Assembly (NCBI RefSeq): GCF_009914755.1
Contig: NC_060947.1
Origin: the human T2T-CHM13v2.0 reference genome, Homo sapiens
Direction: 5' to 3' (one strand)
Length of the DNA: 64,000 bases
The notes below the pieces were generated by a model. The model saw only the letters and a program-made list of their open reading frames with translations. It was not told the origin of the DNA and ran no database searches. A program made the position numbers and the translations under genes. This document shows positions 57,884-64,000 of the stretch, piece after piece. The stretch's first letter is position 1. Each line of letters opens with the position of its first letter.

Positions 57884-59050
57884 ATATATATATCACATAC
57901 CATATATAGATTTATATCTCGATGCAAGCTAGTTTAATCCAAAGTGTGAATTAGTGTGGATATGAGATATATATACATATATATAATATATATATGTGAT
58001 CTATAATATATGTATAATGCCTTAGCACTCTACGCATGCTATTAAAAGTTGCTTAAACTTTTAATATAATTACTAAGAAGGACAGACAATATTCTAAGAT
58101 CAAGTTTAACTAGTGAAATAGTATACAATTTGGAGTAAAATTAAACATAGTTTCCCTGGATTTGCTAATGAAATGCTCTGGCAAGCATAACAAGTAAGTC
58201 TTGAAGGTCGAATGCATTATACTAAGGGACTGCCCTTGGCTGTAAACTATGCCTTCTTCACTTTTCCAGCCAATTTTCAGGAAATGTTTGAGATCTCTTT
58301 CTATTGCTTTTTTCCTCCTTTTACTTCCATATCATAATACATGATATATACATACACCCCCTCCATTCATAGGCATTCTTCCTCTCCCACGCTTCACCTT
58401 GGAAGTCCAGTGCTCCCTCGTCTCTCTCTTGACCAGGTGTATAATCCTGACTTTCAATTGGTGGTTCCTCTTGTTGAAGCTGGTCATTACTGGGCAGCTC
58501 CTGGGCCTAGGAATATGAGTGCGTGTGCAAATAAAAAGGTCTGTTATTAATAATGCATGTCAATAATATACATATACTCAATATACAAATATATCTTACC
58601 ATAAATAAGTCTAAAGACATTTTTTTCCTACACAATTCTACATATACTTATTCTTAATAGTTACTACAAGAGAAAGTTACCCTTAAAAACTTGGGAAGCT
58701 ATTTGAATCCAGGCTGGAATTGATGTATACAATGTGTTATGAATAAGCAGGAGAAGGAAGCCATAGAGAATATTTCTGGGGAATATAAAAACATAGCCAT
58801 CCAGGCAACATTAGAATGCAAACATCCAAATCTATGTTTACTTCACGAGATTCAATTATTACCATTTACAAGCATGGAAAACCTTATTAATATATCAATA
58901 TTAGTTCAACAACATTTTCACAAAAATAAGTTTCTAATAGAAAATATCAAATGTTAAAATACTCACAACCACAGCCCCTACTGGATGATTAGAGTCTTGA
59001 TCATCTCTTCTTTCTCTAGATCTGGATCTTGTTCTTTGATGTCCACTCAT
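53655..59050 (-). CDS. PAGE3: PAGE family member 3. Spliced CDS complement(join(53655-53677,55683-55808,58398-58506,58967-59050)), 113 aa.
   Basis: All introns are GT-AG; 342 nt with no internal stop. Translation MSGHQRTRSRSRERRDDQDSNHPVGAVVAQELPSNDQLQQEEPPIESQDYTPGQERDEGALDFQVLGLAAYLWELTRSKTGGERGDGPNVKGEFLPNLEPVKIPEAGEGQPSV* matches my recollection of human PAGE3. Exon phases equal those of PAGE5. Confidence 0.93.
55683..55808 (-). CDS. PAGE3: PAGE3 exon 4 (126 nt)
   Basis: ttttaag| acceptor, LGLAAYLWEL...VKIPEA, |gtaagt donor. Confidence 0.92.
56240..56680 (+). mobile_element. Ancient L1MC/ME 3' end in PAGE3 intron 3
   Basis: gtcatgaaagac...ccagattaaa...aatgcatgatcctgga...ggacaactggggaaatttgaata motifs. 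Confidence 0.7.
56756..56797 (-). pseudogene. 5S rRNA 5' fragment (nt 1-42), tailless retropseudogene
   Basis: The reverse complement aligns without gaps to GTCTACGGCCATACCACCCTGAACGCGCCCGATCTCGTCTGA, with mostly CpG-type transitions. 13-bp TSD ggattggacttca at 56746-56758 and 56798-56810. Confidence 0.9.
57845..58015. repeat. (TA)n-rich low-complexity tract
   Basis: Seen directly. Confidence 0.9.
58398..58506 (-). CDS. PAGE3: PAGE3 exon 3 (109 nt)
   Basis: ttcctag| acceptor, AQELPSNDQLQQEEPPIE...ALDFQ, |gtgaag donor. Confidence 0.92.
58967..59050 (-). CDS. PAGE3: PAGE3 exon 2 coding part (exon starts at 59058)
   Basis: ctttcag|agtgaaacATG, MSGHQRTRSRSRERRDD...GAVV, |gtgagt donor. Confidence 0.92.
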
Positions 59051-59699
59051 GTTTCACTCTGAAAGTGGCATACTGTGATTCAGAAAATGTACATAAGAGT
59101 GTATCATTTGACCTTTTCCATGGCTAAATTGGAAAGCATGCAAGCTCACGATTACCCTGGGACTTAATTTTAAGATGTTTTCAAAAATTTTTAGGTATCA
59201 TCTAATTTAGCCAAATATGGCTGCTTGCAAAGTCATTAATGTTATGGCTATGGTAGCAGGCAAGGCTCATGGCAAGATAGAGGACTTCTCTGTGAGTTTT
59301 GGTTTCACAATTAGACTCTCCATCATGAAGATATCTAGGAAAATATAGGTAGAGAATTGGAACCGGAGTGACTACTGCTTTTGCCCCACTCTCATTTACT
59401 CAGCCCATTTACCCCCTAAAATCAAGTTTTATTGGAACGCACAGCCTCTCCCATTCCTGCCCGAGATGTCAGTGGCGGAGGTGTGAAGTTGCAAAGCCGA
59501 GTGAAGGGCATGCTCCTCACTCTCTGCCACCGTGGAGCGCTCTACAGACCTCGGGGCAGCGGTTATCAGCCCGCAGTGTTCCTAGTTTCCAGGCCCCTTC
59601 CTTACTGCCCACCTCGCCCTGCCACTGCCCGGTTAAGAACTGGGGAATCTGTCCTCCCTCTCAGGGTTCCAGGCCTTTCGGCACTCAGATACCTCCAAC

Positions 59700-60180
59700 A
59701 GCACGCCCAGCACTCGCCCCATCTTCACGTGATTCCTCCCCTCTACGGTCCACCTTCCTCCGTCGTCCTGGCCCAGAAACGACGACAAAGGCCCATGGGG
59801 CGTCGCGACCTGGGAGGAGCCGGACGTCGACGGCGAGGCCCTTTTCTCTCAGAAGCCACGGACTGTGGTTTCTGTGCCGCAGGACCTGTCCAAAGCCCGC
59901 TGGCTCCCCTTCACATTCACTCACAACTAAATTCCCAGGAGGACTGATCTGCGGACCTACCAGCTGAGTCCCAGTCAGTGAGAAAGAATGAAGAGGACAG
60001 GAGGACCACCTCTCAGGGCAGAGCTCTGAGCGCAGACAGCAGAGAGCAGACAGCAGACAGCAGACAGCAAGGCACATGCGCAATAATGGACATGCCCAGC
60101 AACGGACATGCATAGGGATGCAGCTTGTGTTACGTAGGCTGAGGTTTTCTTGCCTCTGTTGACTAGGAGCCACAAGGTTT
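59700..60180 (-). promoter_or_regulatory. PAGE3: PAGE3 CpG-rich promoter and non-coding first exon(s)
   Basis: Colinear inverted homology to 15380-15830. Donors at 59960 (tg|gtaggt) and 59753 (ag|gtggac). CpG cluster at 59700-59960. Confidence 0.75.
60032..60069. repeat. 7-bp tandem repeat (GCAGACA) x about 5 at the presumed PAGE3 start region
   Basis: gcagaca gcagaga gcagaca gcagaca gcagaca gca. Confidence 0.9.
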
Positions 60181-60761
60181 CTTGAGTATTGAAAGGGGCT
60201 TGCACAGCTCTTTTACTTTTCCTTCCTAAACTTTTTGACATCTAAAGTAAGGGTCCCTGAGGCTCGAGGTCAAATTAACTATCATGCCCAATACAACTCT
60301 CACACTTCCCTCATAAATAGAGGGAAGAGGGATCATAAATACATGACATTTAACTGCACCCCAGGCCCAGCCCAAGGACAGCCTTACACAGGATGGCAAG
60401 TGAACAAGAGGGCACCTGTACCTGTTGATCCTTTTTCCTGAGGTCTAGTTTGTATTAACTAACTCTTGCCTTTTGAAAAACAAACACTGTTATCTGAAGT
60501 TTAATGTGAACCTTTAAAGATGCATTGTTTTTAGACAAAAAGGACATATTTGATATGGGCCACTAGGGTTACCACAAAATACATAGTTGTTGATGAAATG
60601 TAATTTGCATCTTTAATGTAATGAGCAACGAACAGCATTTTAAAGAAACACAATAAAATAAAATAGAAATCATCAGAACTGCATTTAGGATATACACATA
60701 GCCTACACACACACACGTACAAACATACATGTTTACACACATATATTTATGTTCAGTCCAC

Positions 60762-60941
60762 ATCTCCTGCCCTCAAGCTGGGATTTACACCATCTGCTTC
60801 CCTAGTTCTCAGGCCTTCGGATCTGAATTGAAGTACATCACTGGTTTCTGGTCTCCTGCTAGCTTGTAAATGGCAGACTGTGGGACCCAGTCTTCATAAT
60901 TGTGTGAATCAATTTTTCACACAATGTTATATATATATATA

Positions 60942-60974
<33 letters not shown>
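60762..60974 (+). mobile_element. MLT2-like LTR fragment followed by (TA)n(CA)n
   Basis: tctcctgccctc...ggatttacaccatc...ttctcaggccttcgga...tggcagactgtgggac. CA run at 60944-60974. Confidence 0.65.
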
Positions 60975-60976
<2 letters not shown>

Positions 60977-61530
60977 TAAGGAAAAGGGCCAGGATATCAG
61001 CCCTACTCACTTCTCTTCAGCACTGTCCTGGTGAATCTAGTTAGTGCAATGAGACAAGAAATGAAATAAAAGGCATCCAGATTGAAAAGGAAGAAGTAAA
61101 ACTGTATGACTCATAGATAACATAATCTTTCGTGTAGAAAATCTGATAGAATCTATAAAACAGTTACTAGAAACAAGTGAGTTGCAGAATTAAAAATCGA
61201 TATACAAAATTTAATTGTATTTTTGTGCATCAGCAATACAAACTTGGATTGGCATTTTTAATAGTATGCATTATAGTATCGAAGAATATTAACTGCTAAG
61301 GGATGAATCTGAATAAGGAAATTCAAGACCTATAACATATTGAAAAGTACAAAAGATGGCTGAGTGAAAATTTCAGACCCAAATAAAATTAAGAGATATA
61401 TCTTGTTCATGAATCAAAAGAGTCAATATGCTTAAGATACAGTTTCCCCAAATTGAGCTATAGATTCAAAGCAATTCCAATCAAAATCCCAGAGGGTGTT
61501 CTTTTTGGAGAAATTGATAAACTGATCTTC
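60975..61530 (+). mobile_element. Old L1M ORF2 fragment
   Basis: aaataaaaggcatccagattgaaaaggaagaagtaaaactg; tatagattcaaagcaattccaatcaaaatccca. Confidence 0.8.
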
Positions 61531-61616
61531 TAAAGTAAAGAGAAAGTTTTTAGGCAGAATCAGACAAGTGCAGAAACATATATACATGAGTACAACCACT
61601 AATCAGACAAGTGCAG

Positions 61617-64000
<2,384 letters not shown>

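Overview
This is primate genomic DNA, most likely human Xp11.21, and it is overwhelmingly transposon-derived. It contains two convergent 5-exon cancer/testis paralogs of the GAGE/PAGE family, both spliced and translated by hand. PAGE5 lies on the + strand (CDS 15744-19147, 130 aa, or 110 aa from the exon-2 ATG). PAGE3 lies on the - strand (CDS 59050-53655, 113 aa). A ~34 kb block made mostly of nested L1s separates them. The rest is ERV1 (MER4-group/MER41/MER51), MaLR/ERVL LTR elements, Alus, a MADE1 MITE and microsatellites. I found no convincing new gene system. The best second-look observations are: (i) both PAGE poly(A) signals appear to be donated by one ancient antisense L1 ORF2; (ii) a 56-58 nt 5' cassette exon gives PAGE5 an N-terminal extension but gives PAGE3 an in-frame uORF that stops just before the main ATG; (iii) a chimeric L1 in which an older 5'UTR is fused to a young, frameshift-free RT region with a newly created ATG; (iv) a tailless 5S rRNA retropseudogene with a 13-bp TSD in a PAGE3 intron; (v) several repair or duplication scars. 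Gene names and repeat subfamily names come from recalled sequences, not from database searches, and repeat boundaries are approximate unless a TSD is cited.
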